Assembly (NCBI GenBank): GCA_963768035.1 | Contig: CAVYGJ010000002.1 | Coordinates: 401,079 to 465,078 of the forward strand | DNA: 64,000 nt | Origin: an uncultured Chloroflexia bacterium | GTDB lineage: Bacteria > Chloroflexota > Limnocylindria > Limnocylindrales > CSP1-4 | Reading direction: 5' to 3' | Shown here: positions 17,987 through 28,099 of the stretch, in pieces | Layout: each line of letters begins with the position of its first letter | Position numbering within the stretch: the stretch's first letter is position 1 | Position numbers and translations under genes: made by a program | The notes under the pieces: generated by a model | What the model was told of the DNA's origin: nothing | Database searches by the model: none | Seen by the model: the letters and a program-made list of their open reading frames with translations, nothing else

Positions 17987-19600
17987 ATGGCGAAGTCGAC
18001 CGCCCCCTACGACGCGATCGTCATCGGCGCCGGGCACAACGGCCTCGTCGCCGCGGCGTACATGGCACGGGCCGGCATGCGGGTCCTCGTCCTCGAGGCG
18101 CGCGACCGCATCGGCGGCGCCACCGTGACCGAGCAGCTCGCCCCGGGCGTCCGCGTCCCGTCGCTCGCCCACACGGTCGGCCGGCTCCGGCCGTCGATCG
18201 CCCGCGAGCTCGCCCTTGGCAAGCACGGGATGTCGCTCGTCGCGCCCGAGGTCCGGGTGTTCGCCCCGCAGCCCGACGGCCGCGCGGTGACGCTGTGGGC
18301 CGACCTGGGCCGGACCGTCGAAGCGCTCCGCGCCTGGTCCGAGGACGACGCGACCGCATGGGTCGAGTACGACCGGCGGGTCCGCGCGCTGAGCCACTTC
18401 CTGGCCGACCTCGGCGACGAGGCCCCGCCCGAGGTCAAGGCGCCGGGCTTCGGGGACGCGCTCCTCGGCCTGCGGCTGGGACGCGCGTTCCGCGGCCTCG
18501 GCAAGCACGACGGCCGGACGATCCTGCGCGTGCTCGCGATGGCGGCCGCGGACTTCGTGGCGGAGTCGTTCGAGACCGAGGCGATCCGCGCGACCGCCGC
18601 CTGGCGTGGCGTCCGGTACACGGCGATGGGGCCGTGGTCCGCAGGCTCCACCCAGGTGCTGCTCGCCGACGCCGCAGGCAACGACGGCGGCGCCGCGGGC
18701 GAGACGGTGTTCGCGAAGGGCGGCCCGTCAGCCCTGTCCGAGGCGATCGCGGCGGCGGCGCTCGAGGCGGGCGCCGAGATCCGGACCGGCGCCCGCGTCG
18801 CGCAGGTGGCCACGGCCGACGGCGCCGTCACGGGCGTCGTGCTCGAGGGCGGCGAGGAGATCGCCGCGCCGCGCGTCGTGTCCGGGCTGGACCCGAAGCA
18901 GCTGCTGACCTCGCTCGTGGACCCGGTGACCGTCGGGCCGTCGATGCGCTGGCGCGCCGGCAACATCCGGACGCCGGGCTCGGTGGCCAAGGTCAACCTC
19001 GTCCTCGCCGGCACCCCCGTGTTCCCGGCCGCCGGGAACGACCCGCGGCTGCTGCGTGGCCGGATCCAGGTCAACACGACCTCGATCGACGCGATGGAGC
19101 ACGCCTTCGACGCGTCGAAGCACGGCCGGATCAGCGACGAGCCGGTGCTCGAGGCGACGATCCCGTCGCTCGTGGACCCGTCGCTCGTCGCCGGGGCCGC
19201 GGACGGCACCCAGGTCATGAGCGTCCTCGTCCAGTGGATGCCCAAGGCCGCGCCCGACGGCGACTGGGCCGCGCAGCGCGACGCCATCGGCGACCTCGCG
19301 ATCCGGACGCTCGAGACGGTGGCGCCCGGGATCGGCTCGCTCGTGACGGCGCGCCAGGTCCTGACGCCCGGCGACCTCGAGACCGAGTACGGGCTCACGG
19401 GTGGCCACCCGCTCCACGCGGAGCCGGCGCTCGACTCGTTCTTCCTGTGGCGGCCGCTCCTCGGCTGGGCGCGCTACCGGATGCCGGTGTCGGGCCTGTA
19501 CCTCGCGGGTTCGGGCGCACACCCGGGTGGCGGCGTCACCGGCGCCCCTGGTCGCAACGCGGCGCACGAGGTCATCGCGGACCACAAGCGCCGCCGCTGA
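17987..19600 (+). CDS. FAD-dependent oxidoreductase, CrtI/PYROXD2-like (tandem paralog)
   Basis: ATG 17987 lies 2 nt after the upstream stop. YDAIVIGAGHNGL and C-terminal GSGAHPGGG. Confidence 0.85.
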   Translation: MAKSTAPYDAIVIGAGHNGLVAAAYMARAGMRVLVLEARDRIGGATVTEQLAPGVRVPSLAHTVGRLRPSIARELALGKHGMSLVAPEVRVFAPQPDGRAVTLWADLGRTVEALRAWSEDDATAWVEYDRRVRALSHFLADLGDEAPPEVKAPGFGDALLGLRLGRAFRGLGKHDGRTILRVLAMAAADFVAESFETEAIRATAAWRGVRYTAMGPWSAGSTQVLLADAAGNDGGAAGETVFAKGGPSALSEAIAAAALEAGAEIRTGARVAQVATADGAVTGVVLEGGEEIAAPRVVSGLDPKQLLTSLVDPVTVGPSMRWRAGNIRTPGSVAKVNLVLAGTPVFPAAGNDPRLLRGRIQVNTTSIDAMEHAFDASKHGRISDEPVLEATIPSLVDPSLVAGAADGTQVMSVLVQWMPKAAPDGDWAAQRDAIGDLAIRTLETVAPGIGSLVTARQVLTPGDLETEYGLTGGHPLHAEPALDSFFLWRPLLGWARYRMPVSGLYLAGSGAHPGGGVTGAPGRNAAHEVIADHKRRR

Positions 19601-19608
19601 GCCCGGGG

Positions 19609-20094
19609 CTACTTGCCGTCGAGGATCGAGCCGATGTCGCCGACCGACGGGTCGGAGCCCATGGCCGGCGCGCCCGTCGACCTGGCGGAGCCGCCGAGAC
19701 CGGCGAGGATGCTCCCGATGTCGATGCCGCCACCGGCACCGCCCGCGGGCACCTTGCCGTCCGGCGTGAGCGCGTTGATGATCTGCGGCAGGAACGCGGC
19801 CAGCATCGGCAGCAGCGAGCCCACGTCCAGGCCCGTCTTCGACGACAGCTGGTTCACCGCGTCCGGGCCAAGCGCGCTGCCCAGCCGTTGCGGGTCCACG
19901 GGCTGATTGGGGCCGGTCCCGACCCACGAGCCGACCTCGTCGCCGAGGCCGCCGTTGCTGAGCTGGGCGAGGAGACCCTCGAGGCCACCCTCGCCGCCGG
20001 TGAGGCTGCCGAGCGCCGCCGCGAGGTCGGGCGACCCGCCGGTGTCACCGGTGCCACCGCCGAGCGAGCCGAGCATCTTGCCGAGGTCGTCCAT
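19609..20094 (-). CDS. YidB-family protein (DUF937)
   Basis: Start at MDDLGKMLGSLGG (ATG 20094). GGLGDEVGSWVGTGPNQPV and LPQIINALTPDGKVP are typical of the family. Confidence 0.75.
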   Translation of the reverse strand: MDDLGKMLGSLGGGTGDTGGSPDLAAALGSLTGGEGGLEGLLAQLSNGGLGDEVGSWVGTGPNQPVDPQRLGSALGPDAVNQLSSKTGLDVGSLLPMLAAFLPQIINALTPDGKVPAGGAGGGIDIGSILAGLGGSARSTGAPAMGSDPSVGDIGSILDGK

Positions 20095-20193
20095 CGCGTG
20101 ATCTCCCGTGGGCGCGCCGCACGGTTCCCACGGCGTCGTCGCCATCATCGGGGGTTGGGCAAGGTGCCGGGCCATCCGGCGCCTCGCGAAGCG

Positions 20194-20796
20194 TTACGCG
20201 GGCGTGGCGACCGCCGACGTTCCGGGGCCGCGCAGCCGGGCCGAGAGGCTCTCGAGTCGCGCCGCGATGCGGACGGCGAGCGTCGCGGCGACCGTCGGCT
20301 GCGGCACCACGGCAACGGGAGCGGGCGGCTCGCCGCGACCGTGCCAGGCGAGGAACCGGGTCGGCACGATGCGGATCGACTGGGTGTACATCGCCCGGAA
20401 CGTCGCCGGGTCGAGGCGGCCCGGCCCGAGCTCCGCGGCGTACTTCGCGAAGAAGGCGTCGGGGATCGGCGCGTCGTCGACGCACGTCGCCTCGGCCTCG
20501 ATCAGGCCGACCGAGAAGTCGTCCTCGGGGTCGCCGACCGCGACCATCAGCCGCGGGTTCGCGCGCAGGTTGCGGGCCTTCACCGCGTCGGGCTTCGAGA
20601 ACACGACGAGCGCCGTGCCGTCCCACCAGAACCAGGTCGGGACGAGGTGCGGCGTGCCGTCGGGGCGGACGGTCGAGAGCCACACGATGCGCTCGTCGGC
20701 GAGCATCGGCAGCACGCGCGCGACCGTCCGGCCGGAGGTCGGGTCGTAACCCGCCCGGTCGGGGGCGCGCCAGGTGTCGGGGACGCTCGTGAACAT
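20194..20796 (-). CDS. PPOX-class (pyridoxamine 5'-phosphate oxidase fold) probable F420/FMN-dependent protein
   Basis: ERIVWLSTVRPDGTPHLVPTWFWWDG ... KARNLRANPRL pattern of the split-barrel family. Confidence 0.7.
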   Translation of the reverse strand: MFTSVPDTWRAPDRAGYDPTSGRTVARVLPMLADERIVWLSTVRPDGTPHLVPTWFWWDGTALVVFSKPDAVKARNLRANPRLMVAVGDPEDDFSVGLIEAEATCVDDAPIPDAFFAKYAAELGPGRLDPATFRAMYTQSIRIVPTRFLAWHGRGEPPAPVAVVPQPTVAATLAVRIAARLESLSARLRGPGTSAVATPA

Positions 20797-20882
20797 GCCC
20801 GAAGTGTCGGCGAGCGGCCGTTCGGCGCCACCCGGCAGCGATCGTCAGCGCATATCGACGGATGACGATGTCCACACGGCCT

Positions 20883-20908
20883 GAACGTTTGCGCTCCGAT
20901 TCACCGTC
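20883..20908 (+). promoter_or_regulatory. candidate ECF-type promoter (GAAC-N18-CGTC)
   Basis: tGAACgtttgcgctccgattcacCGTCa lies about 50 nt upstream of the ECF sigma start. Weak evidence, by pattern only. Confidence 0.25.
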
Positions 20909-20958
20909 ATGCTGGGTGGATCGCGGCAACAGCCGCGGTGCGGCCACCCCGGAGACCC

Positions 20959-21513
20959 ATGGATCGAGACCTCGTCGAGCGAGCGCGCTCCGGCGACCAG
21001 GAGGCGTTCGCGGCCCTCGTGCTCCAGGCCAGCGACACGCTCTTCGGCATCGCACGGCGGATCGTGCGCGACCCGGGCCTTGCCGAGGACGTCCTGCAGA
21101 ACGCCCTCGTGACCATCTGGCGCAAGCTGCCGCACCTGCGGGAGCCGGACCGCTTCGATGCGTGGGCCTACCGAATCGTCGTCAACGCCTGCTACGAGGA
21201 TGCGACCCGCAACCGCCGCTGGGCGTCCAACGTGCGGTTCATCTCGGTCGACAGAGCGGCCGAGGCGGACGAGTTTCGGTCGATCTCCGATCGCGATGAG
21301 CTGGAGCAGGCCTTTCGCGGGCTGCCGCTTGACCAGCGGGTTGTATTCGTTCTCCACCACCACGTCGGCCTGCCGCTCGTTGACGTGGCCGACGTCCTCG
21401 GCATCCCGGCCGGGACCGCCCGATCGCGGCTGCACTACGCAACCCGGGCGCTTCGAACCGCCTTCGAGGTGAACCGGACACAGCGCATGGTCCAGGAAGG
21501 GCGACTCGCGTGA
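20959..21513 (+). CDS. ECF-family RNA polymerase sigma factor
   Basis: Region 2 (FAALVLQASDTLFGIARRIV ... FDAWAYRIVVNACYE) and region 4 (LPLDQRVVFVLHHHVGLPLVDVADVLGIPAGTARSRLHYA). The start could alternatively be GTG 20938. Confidence 0.8.
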   Translation: MDRDLVERARSGDQEAFAALVLQASDTLFGIARRIVRDPGLAEDVLQNALVTIWRKLPHLREPDRFDAWAYRIVVNACYEDATRNRRWASNVRFISVDRAAEADEFRSISDRDELEQAFRGLPLDQRVVFVLHHHVGLPLVDVADVLGIPAGTARSRLHYATRALRTAFEVNRTQRMVQEGRLA

Positions 21514-21755
21514 GCGACGACCGAGGCTTCGAGCGAGCGGTCGACGACTGGCTTGCCGACGGGTCCGACCGGGCCCCGAAGCCGGCAGTGAACGCCGTCC
21601 TGCTGGCCGTCCGGACGACATCCCAGGATCGGGTGCTCCGGACCCCGTTGAGGAACCTGATCATCACCTCGCCCCTGCCACTCGTTGCCGCGATCGCGAT
21701 CACCCTGACCCTCGGAGCGGCCACCTTGTCGACTTCGTCGGCCGCGGTCCGGTGA
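21510..21755 (+). CDS. putative anti-sigma factor N-terminal/TM segment
   Basis: GTGA overlap with the sigma gene. FERAVDDWLADGSDRAP, then a single TM helix (PLPLVAAIAITLTLGAA). The ORF ends right after the TM helix. Confidence 0.55.
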   Translation: MSDDRGFERAVDDWLADGSDRAPKPAVNAVLLAVRTTSQDRVLRTPLRNLIITSPLPLVAAIAITLTLGAATLSTSSAAVR

Positions 21756-22336
21756 CCGTCGGTGGCCCGGTCGCGACCGAGACCGCGGCGCCGGCGCCCA
21801 CGTCCTCGCCGACGCTCGAGCCGCTCGACACCGCGACGTGGAGGACAACCGTCGCGAACGCGTTCGGGTTCAGCATCTCGTACCCGCGCGAGTGGGAGAT
21901 CGAGGCCAGTCCCGACGTCGCCCCGCCCTCGGAGGCACCCTGGCCGAACCCGGTGGCGGAGGTCTTCGCGACGGCGGCGGCGCCGGACGGCCAGGGGGTC
22001 CGCGTCAGCGCCTGGTCCGTCCCCGTCGATCCCGGGACGACGATCGAGACCTGGCTGCGCCGGTACTGCGTGGAGCGAGCCTGCGGCACCATCCCGAGCG
22101 AGGGGGTGGTCCTCACGCTGGACGGCCGCCCCGGCGTGCTGTTCACCGTCGGTGGCTATCCCCACGCGACCGTCCTGGTCGACGACCGGATCTACGTGGT
22201 CGCGTGCTGGCGAGCCAATGACGACGGCGCTGTAGCGGAGTACGGCGGCTCCAGGCGGCTCGTGGAAGCCTTCATCTCGACCATGGAACTGCTGCCGGGG
22301 CGTTCCGTCCCGTTCGCGCCGTCCCCGTCGCCCTGA
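21752..22336 (+). CDS. exported-type domain protein without its own signal peptide (possibly the C-terminal part of the anti-sigma factor)
   Basis: GTG 21752 overlaps the upstream stop. It begins with a Pro/Thr/Ala linker, then a globular domain (FGFSISYPREWEIE...). Confidence 0.55.
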   Translation: MTVGGPVATETAAPAPTSSPTLEPLDTATWRTTVANAFGFSISYPREWEIEASPDVAPPSEAPWPNPVAEVFATAAAPDGQGVRVSAWSVPVDPGTTIETWLRRYCVERACGTIPSEGVVLTLDGRPGVLFTVGGYPHATVLVDDRIYVVACWRANDDGAVAEYGGSRRLVEAFISTMELLPGRSVPFAPSPSP

Positions 22337-22340
22337 TCTG

Positions 22341-23387
22341 TCAGCGGCGGTCGAGCTCCGCCTCTTCGGCGATCCGGTCCTGCTCGACGACGGGCACCCC
22401 GCCCTCGCCGCCAGCGCCCGGGTCCGCGTGCTCGGCCGCCTTCGCCGTCGCGCCCTCGAGGTCCCATTCCCAGCCCTGGAGCTGCCGCAGCAGCCGCCGG
22501 CCGGTCAGGTCGAGGTGGATCGGCGTCACGGACACCCGCCGGTTGACGACCGCGTTGAAGTCCGTGCCCGGGATGCTGATCCCCGATGGCGCCGGGCCGC
22601 CGATCCAGTAGTAGGGGATGCCCCGCGGGTCCTTGCGCATCGTGAGCTCGTCCTGGTAGATCCGGCGCCCCACGCGGGTGATCTCGATGCCCTCGCAGTC
22701 CTCGACGGACACGCCGGGCACGTTGACGCTGATGAGCTCGCCCCGCTTGAGGCCGTGCTCGAGGATGTTGCGGGCGACGATCGCCGACGCCACCGCGGCG
22801 AGCGCGAAGTCCACCTGCTCGACGTACTCCTGGCTGACCGCGAACGCCGGGCAGTTGTTGATCACCGCCTCCATCGCCGCGCTGACGGTCCCCGAGTACG
22901 TGATGTCGTCGCCGAGGTTCGCGCCGTAGTTGATCCCCGACGCCACCAGGTCGAAGCGCTCCTCGAAGAAGCCGAGGAAGGCGAGGCTCACGCAGTCGGT
23001 GGGGGAGCCGTCGACCGAGTAGCCCATCGACCCGTCGGCGAGCGTCCGCTCCCGGACGCGGAGCGGGCGCATGAGCGTCTTCTGGTGGCCGACCGCGGAC
23101 TGGTTCGTGTCCGGCGCGACGACCGTCACGTCGCCGATCGGGTCGAGCGCCCGCTTGAGGGCGAGGATCCCGCGGCTCTCGATGCCGTCGTCGTTGGTGA
23201 CGAGGATCCGGGGTCGTGACGTCCAGTCGCCGAGGGGCCGGCCCATCCGCTTGAGCGACCGTCGGGCGCCGCGCTGGCCCGCGACCGGCTCGCCGCGCTC
23301 CATGTCCAGGTCCCGGCGCTCGGTCCTCGCGCGCTCCCGGGTCATCTCGGGCTGCTCGGCCCTCGCCTCCTCCGGGTCGTCGCTCAT
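22341..23387 (-). CDS. surE: 5'/3'-nucleotidase SurE
   Basis: ILVTNDDGIESRGILAL, SGINYGANLGDDITYSGTVSAAMEA. ATG 23387 is in an ATGA overlap with the upstream transporter gene. N- and C-terminal charged extensions are present. Confidence 0.85.
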   Translation of the reverse strand: MSDDPEEARAEQPEMTRERARTERRDLDMERGEPVAGQRGARRSLKRMGRPLGDWTSRPRILVTNDDGIESRGILALKRALDPIGDVTVVAPDTNQSAVGHQKTLMRPLRVRERTLADGSMGYSVDGSPTDCVSLAFLGFFEERFDLVASGINYGANLGDDITYSGTVSAAMEAVINNCPAFAVSQEYVEQVDFALAAVASAIVARNILEHGLKRGELISVNVPGVSVEDCEGIEITRVGRRIYQDELTMRKDPRGIPYYWIGGPAPSGISIPGTDFNAVVNRRVSVTPIHLDLTGRRLLRQLQGWEWDLEGATAKAAEHADPGAGGEGGVPVVEQDRIAEEAELDRR

Positions 23388-24668
23388 CGCTCCCCTTCGC
23401 CCCCGATGGCCGCGGGCGGCGGGGCGGGCGAGGGGACGATCGGGGTCGCGGCGACGACCGGGGGCGCCGCGACGCCCTTGGTCCCGCCGACCTCGGCCAC
23501 GTCCTCGTCCTCGCCCGGCACGGGCTCCCGTGGCCGTCGCACGTCGCGGCCCTCGCGTTTGGCCAGGCGTTTCGCCGCCCGGTCCGTGACCGTGCCGCCC
23601 TCCCGCGAGCGGCCGAACCAGTGGAAGAAGAACGCGGACAGGACGGCCGCGATCGGGATGCCGAAGATCGCGCCGGGGATGCCCGCGATCCGAAGCCCGA
23701 TGACCACCGATGCCAGGACGACGATCGGGTGGATGCCCACGGCGCCCGACATGATCCGCGGCTGGAGGATGTTCATCGTCACGAACCAGCCGATCGCCAT
23801 GATGATCGCCACCGGGATCGCGGCCGACGGGTTGAACAGCAGCGCCACCACGACCGGTGGCACCCACGACACGAACGGCCCGAAGAACGGGATGGCGTGG
23901 AGGATGCCCGCGGCGACGGTGGTGAGGGCCGCGTACTCGAGCCCGAACACGATGTTCACGACCGCCGTGATCAGGCCCATCGCGAGGCCCATGATCCCCT
24001 GCCCCCGGATGAACCCGCCGAACGACCGCGCGACGCTCGTCTGGAGGAGCCGGGCCTCGGTGACGAACCCCGGCGGGACGAGGCGGTACAGGAAGGTCGT
24101 GATCGCCTCGCGGTCCACGGCGATGTAGATCGACAGGATCACGAGGATCAGGATGTTGCCGAAGATGCCGATGCTCGCGACCGCCAGCGACTGGAGCGGC
24201 CCGACGAGCTCGACGGCCCACTGCTGGAGGTTCTCGACGATCACGGGCGCCTGGTTCACGAGGTCGACGGCGAAGCCGAGCGCGGCGAGGCGCGACTGGA
24301 TCTCCAGCGAGCAGGTTCGCCAGCTGGTCCTCGAACCGTGGCGCGTCCTCGATGAACTGGCCGATCGACGTGGCGAGCGACGCGGACGCCTGGATCACGA
24401 TGGCGAGCAGGATCACCACGATCGCCATGTACACGATGATCACGGCGCCCGCCTGCGACAGCCTGGGCACGACGCGGGTGACGAAGTTGATCAGCGGCAG
24501 CAGCGCGAACGACAGCAGCCACGCGAGGAAGAACAGCAGCAGGATGTCGCCGAACGCGTAGAACACGTTGGCGACGTCCGAGAGCACGACGAAGCCAAGC
24601 GCGACGACGGCGAGGATGAGCGCCGTGTCGATGAGGCGGCGCTGGCGCTCCGTCAGCTCGATGGGCAT
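23384..24668 (-). pseudogene. AI-2E family (PerM/UPF0118) transporter, one +1 frameshift as sequenced
   Basis: The N-terminal TM helices are in the frame of ATG 24668 up to ...FEDQLANLLA. The continuation EIQSRLAALGFAVDLVNQAPV... is in the frame of ORF 23384..24259. The extra base is at 24304-24305. Confidence 0.8.
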
Positions 24669-24752
24669 GCCGTCAGCCTACGATGCCGGGCACGTGCGGG
24701 GAAGGGCGATGCAGCAGGCCGGCGACGCGGCCGCGTTGCACGGACGCGACGC

Positions 24753-25772
24753 CTAGCGCAGGCCCATCTTCTCGCGGACCTCGGCCATCGTGGCCGCCGC
24801 CTTGGGCTTGAGGCGGTCCGCGCCGGCCTCGAGGATCCCGTCGACCTCGGCCGGGTTGGCCATCAGCTCCGCGTAGCGCTCGCGGGCCGGGGCGTAGTGC
24901 GTCGTGATCCGCTCCGCGAGCAGCTTCTTCGTGTCCACGCAGCCGGTCCGCGCGGTGCGCTCGCCGTCCTGGATGTCCTCCCAGTCGTCGCCGAAGAAGC
25001 GGTGCAGCTGGCAGACGTTGCACACCTCGGGCCGGCCGGGGTCCGTGCGCAGGATCCGCTTGGTGTCGGTGACCATCGACATGACCTGGCGCCGGATCTC
25101 CTCGGGCGAGCCCAGGATCTCGATCGTGTTGCCGACCGACTTGGACATCTTCTTGACGCCGTCGGTGCCGAGCACGACCGGCGCCTCGGTGTACACGGCC
25201 TCGGCCTCCGGGAACGTCTCGCCGTAGCGATGGTTGAAGGCACGGACGATCTCGCGGCTCAGCTCGAGGTGCGCCGCCTGGTCCTTGCCCACCGGCACGA
25301 GCCCCGCCTTGTAGATGGCGATGTCCGCGGCCTGGAGGACCGGGTACGTGAGCAGCCCGTGGTTGATGTCGTCGGGCTGGTTGAGCTTCTTCTCCTTGTA
25401 GGTCGGCGTCCGCTCGAGCCAGCTCACCGGCGTCACGGTCGTGAGCAGCCACATGAGCTCGGTGTGCTCGGGGCGGTGGCTCTGGACGAACAGCGTGCAG
25501 CGCTCGGGGTCGAGGCCCAGGGCCAGGAGGCTGGCCGCCATCTCGCGCGTCCGCTGGCGCATCGCGACCGGGTCGTGGGTGCTCGTGAGCGCGTGGTAGT
25601 CGACGATGCAGTAGATCGCCTCGTACTCGTACTGGAGCATCACGTAGTTGCGGATCGCGCCGAGGTCGTTCCCGAGGTGGACGATCCCGGACGGCTGGAT
25701 GCCGGAGAAGATCCGCGGGCGCGCGGGCGGGCCGGCCAGCGGCGCGGGCAGGGGAGCGAGGTCGACGGTCAT
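24753..25772 (-). CDS. trpS: tryptophan--tRNA ligase
   Basis: ATG 25772. HIGH-type GIVHLGN and KMSKS motifs, and GKDQAAHLELSREI. Confidence 0.92.
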   Translation of the reverse strand: MTVDLAPLPAPLAGPPARPRIFSGIQPSGIVHLGNDLGAIRNYVMLQYEYEAIYCIVDYHALTSTHDPVAMRQRTREMAASLLALGLDPERCTLFVQSHRPEHTELMWLLTTVTPVSWLERTPTYKEKKLNQPDDINHGLLTYPVLQAADIAIYKAGLVPVGKDQAAHLELSREIVRAFNHRYGETFPEAEAVYTEAPVVLGTDGVKKMSKSVGNTIEILGSPEEIRRQVMSMVTDTKRILRTDPGRPEVCNVCQLHRFFGDDWEDIQDGERTARTGCVDTKKLLAERITTHYAPARERYAELMANPAEVDGILEAGADRLKPKAAATMAEVREKMGLR

Positions 25773-25878
25773 TGGCGGGGAGTGTAACGGAGCGCGTTCG
25801 CGCGCTGGCGGCCCGGACCGAGCCGCGTTCGATACCATCGGCGGGCACAGCCGCAGCCCCATCGGAGCCAGCCCACCC

Positions 25879-27000
25879 GTGAGCATCCAGCCCCTGCGCG
25901 TCGGCGTCATCGGCGCCGGCACCGTCGGCCGCGAGGTCGTCCGCGCGTTCCTCGAGCGGTCACCGCGCCTCTCGCCCACGGACGGGGCGCCGCTCGTGCT
26001 CGCCGCCGTCGCGGAGAAGTTCGCCGAGCGGGCGATCGCGAACGGCATCCCGGAGGCGCTGCTCACCGACGCGCCGGCGCATCTCATCGCGAGCGGCGAC
26101 GTCGACATCATCGTCGAGACGATGGGCGGCGCCGAGCCCGCGCACACGCTCGTCGCGGCCGCGCTCCAGGCCGGCAAGAGCGTCGTGACGGCGAACAAGC
26201 ACATCGTCGCCCACTACGGGCCCGAGCTCGAGCGGCTCGCGCGCGAGGCCGACGTCCCGTTCCGGTTCGAGGCGGCGGTCGGCGGTGGCATCCCGCTCCT
26301 CGGGCCGATCGCCCAGGACCTCGCCGCGAACCGGATCACCCGCGTCCGCGGCATCGTGAACGGGACGACCAACTACATGCTCACGGCGATGACGCGCGAG
26401 GGCCGCGACTACGCCGAGGTGCTCGCGGAGGCCCAGGCGAAGGGCTACGCCGAGGCCGACCCGACGGCCGACGTCGAGGGGCTCGACGCGCTCAACAAGC
26501 TCGTGATCCTCGCCCGGCTCGCGTTCGGGGCGTGGATCGATCCGTCGGCCGTCTCCAACCGGCCGGGCACGACGACGGGTGCCGCCGGCCTGCCCGGGAT
26601 CACGGGCGTCACCGCCGATGACGTGGCCGCGCTCGTCGCCGAGGGCCGCGTCCTGCGGCTCATCGCGACGACCCGCCTCGCGGAGGACGGCGCCATCGAG
26701 GCCTCGGTCGTGCCGACGGCCGTCCCCGCGGAGTCGCCGTTCGGCCGCTGCGACGGCGTCCTCAACCGCGTGGAGGTCGACGGGCTGCCGGTCGGCCGCG
26801 TCGCGTTCGAGGGCCCGGGCGCCGGCGGTCCCGCCGCGGCCGCGGCCGTGCTCTCCGACCTCGTCTCGATCGCGCGCGGCCTCGGCTCGACGTGGGCCGG
26901 CACCGCGGTCGCCACGGAGCGCTCCTCGATCGAGGTCCGGCCCGTCGCCGGCGAGTGCGTCGCGGCGCCCTCGGGCGCGTGCTACCCCGTGGGCGACTGA
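25879..27000 (+). CDS. hom: homoserine dehydrogenase
   Basis: GTG 25879. [40 protein letters not shown] and a C-terminal ACT-like region. Confidence 0.9.
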   Translation: MSIQPLRVGVIGAGTVGREVVRAFLERSPRLSPTDGAPLVLAAVAEKFAERAIANGIPEALLTDAPAHLIASGDVDIIVETMGGAEPAHTLVAAALQAGKSVVTANKHIVAHYGPELERLAREADVPFRFEAAVGGGIPLLGPIAQDLAANRITRVRGIVNGTTNYMLTAMTREGRDYAEVLAEAQAKGYAEADPTADVEGLDALNKLVILARLAFGAWIDPSAVSNRPGTTTGAAGLPGITGVTADDVAALVAEGRVLRLIATTRLAEDGAIEASVVPTAVPAESPFGRCDGVLNRVEVDGLPVGRVAFEGPGAGGPAAAAAVLSDLVSIARGLGSTWAGTAVATERSSIEVRPVAGECVAAPSGACYPVGD

Positions 27001-27013
27001 GCGCGCCCGGCCG

Positions 27014-28099
27014 ATGACCGCCCCGCGCACCGGCCGCCCGAGCCTCGTCGAGCGCTACCGCGAGTTCCTGCCCGTCGCGGACTCGACGCCCGTCGTGAGC
27101 CTCGGCGAGGGGTTCACGCCGCTCGTCCATGCGCGGCGGCTCGGGGCGTCGCTCGGGCTCGACAACCTGTACCTCAAGATCGAGGGCCAGAACCCGACGG
27201 GCTCGTTCAAGGACCGCGGGATGGTGATGGCCGTCGCGAAGGCGCTCGAGGACGGCGCCCGGAGCGTGATCTGCGCCTCGACCGGCAACACGTCCGCGTC
27301 CGCAGCCGCGTATGCCGCCGCCGCCGGGCTCGAGTGCGTCGTCGTGCTGCCGGCCGGCAAGATCGCGGTCGGCAAGCTGCTCCAGGCGCTCGTGTTCGGG
27401 GCGAAGGTCGTCGCGGTGAGCGGCAACTTCGACGAGGCGCTGCGGGTCGTCCGCGCGCTGTCGGAGCAGGAGGAGCACCCGATCACGCTCGTCAACTCGG
27501 TCAACCCGTACCGGCTCGAGGGCCAGAAGACCGGCGCGTTCGAGATCGTGGACGACCTCGGCCGGGCGCCCGACGTGCTCGCGATCCCGGTCGGGAACGC
27601 GGGCAACATCAGCGCCTACTGGCGGGGCTTCCGCGAGTACCACGAGGCCGGCCTCGCGGCGTCGACCCCGGCGATGTGGGGGTTCCAGGCCGCGGGCGCG
27701 GCGCCGCTCGTCGCGGGCCACCCGATCGACCACCCCGAGACCATCGCGACCGCGATCCGGATCGGCAACCCGGCGTCGTGGACGCTCGCGGTCGAGGCGC
27801 GCGACACCTCGGGCGGCCGGATCGCCGCGGTCACCGACGACGAGATCCTCGTCGCGTACCGGGCGCTGTCGCGGCTCGAGGGCGTGTTCTGCGAGCCGTC
27901 GTCCGCGGCGTCCGTGGCCGGCGTCACGAAGGCCGCCCAGGCCGGCGAGGTTGCCCGCGACGCGCTCGTCGTGTGCGTCCTCACGGGCAACGGGCTCAAG
28001 GACCCGACGACCGCCGAGTCGGGCCTGCCCGTCGAGGTCCTCGAGGCGGAGCCGACGACCCTCGGCGTCGCGCGGGCGCTCGGCTGGGAGCTCGGGTGA
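27014..28099 (+). CDS. thrC: threonine synthase
   Basis: ATG 27014. PLP-lysine motif [10 protein letters not shown], and ASTGNTSAS. Confidence 0.92.
   Translation: MTAPRTGRPSLVERYREFLPVADSTPVVSLGEGFTPLVHARRLGASLGLDNLYLKIEGQNPTGSFKDRGMVMAVAKALEDGARSVICASTGNTSASAAAYAAAAGLECVVVLPAGKIAVGKLLQALVFGAKVVAVSGNFDEALRVVRALSEQEEHPITLVNSVNPYRLEGQKTGAFEIVDDLGRAPDVLAIPVGNAGNISAYWRGFREYHEAGLAASTPAMWGFQAAGAAPLVAGHPIDHPETIATAIRIGNPASWTLAVEARDTSGGRIAAVTDDEILVAYRALSRLEGVFCEPSSAASVAGVTKAAQAGEVARDALVVCVLTGNGLKDPTTAESGLPVEVLEAEPTTLGVARALGWELG

Noticed and set aside
25773-25878. T-box or other leader upstream of trpS.
   Set aside because: Only 106 nt separate trpS from the divergent hom gene. No specifier/T-box sequence or terminator hairpin is visible on the minus strand.
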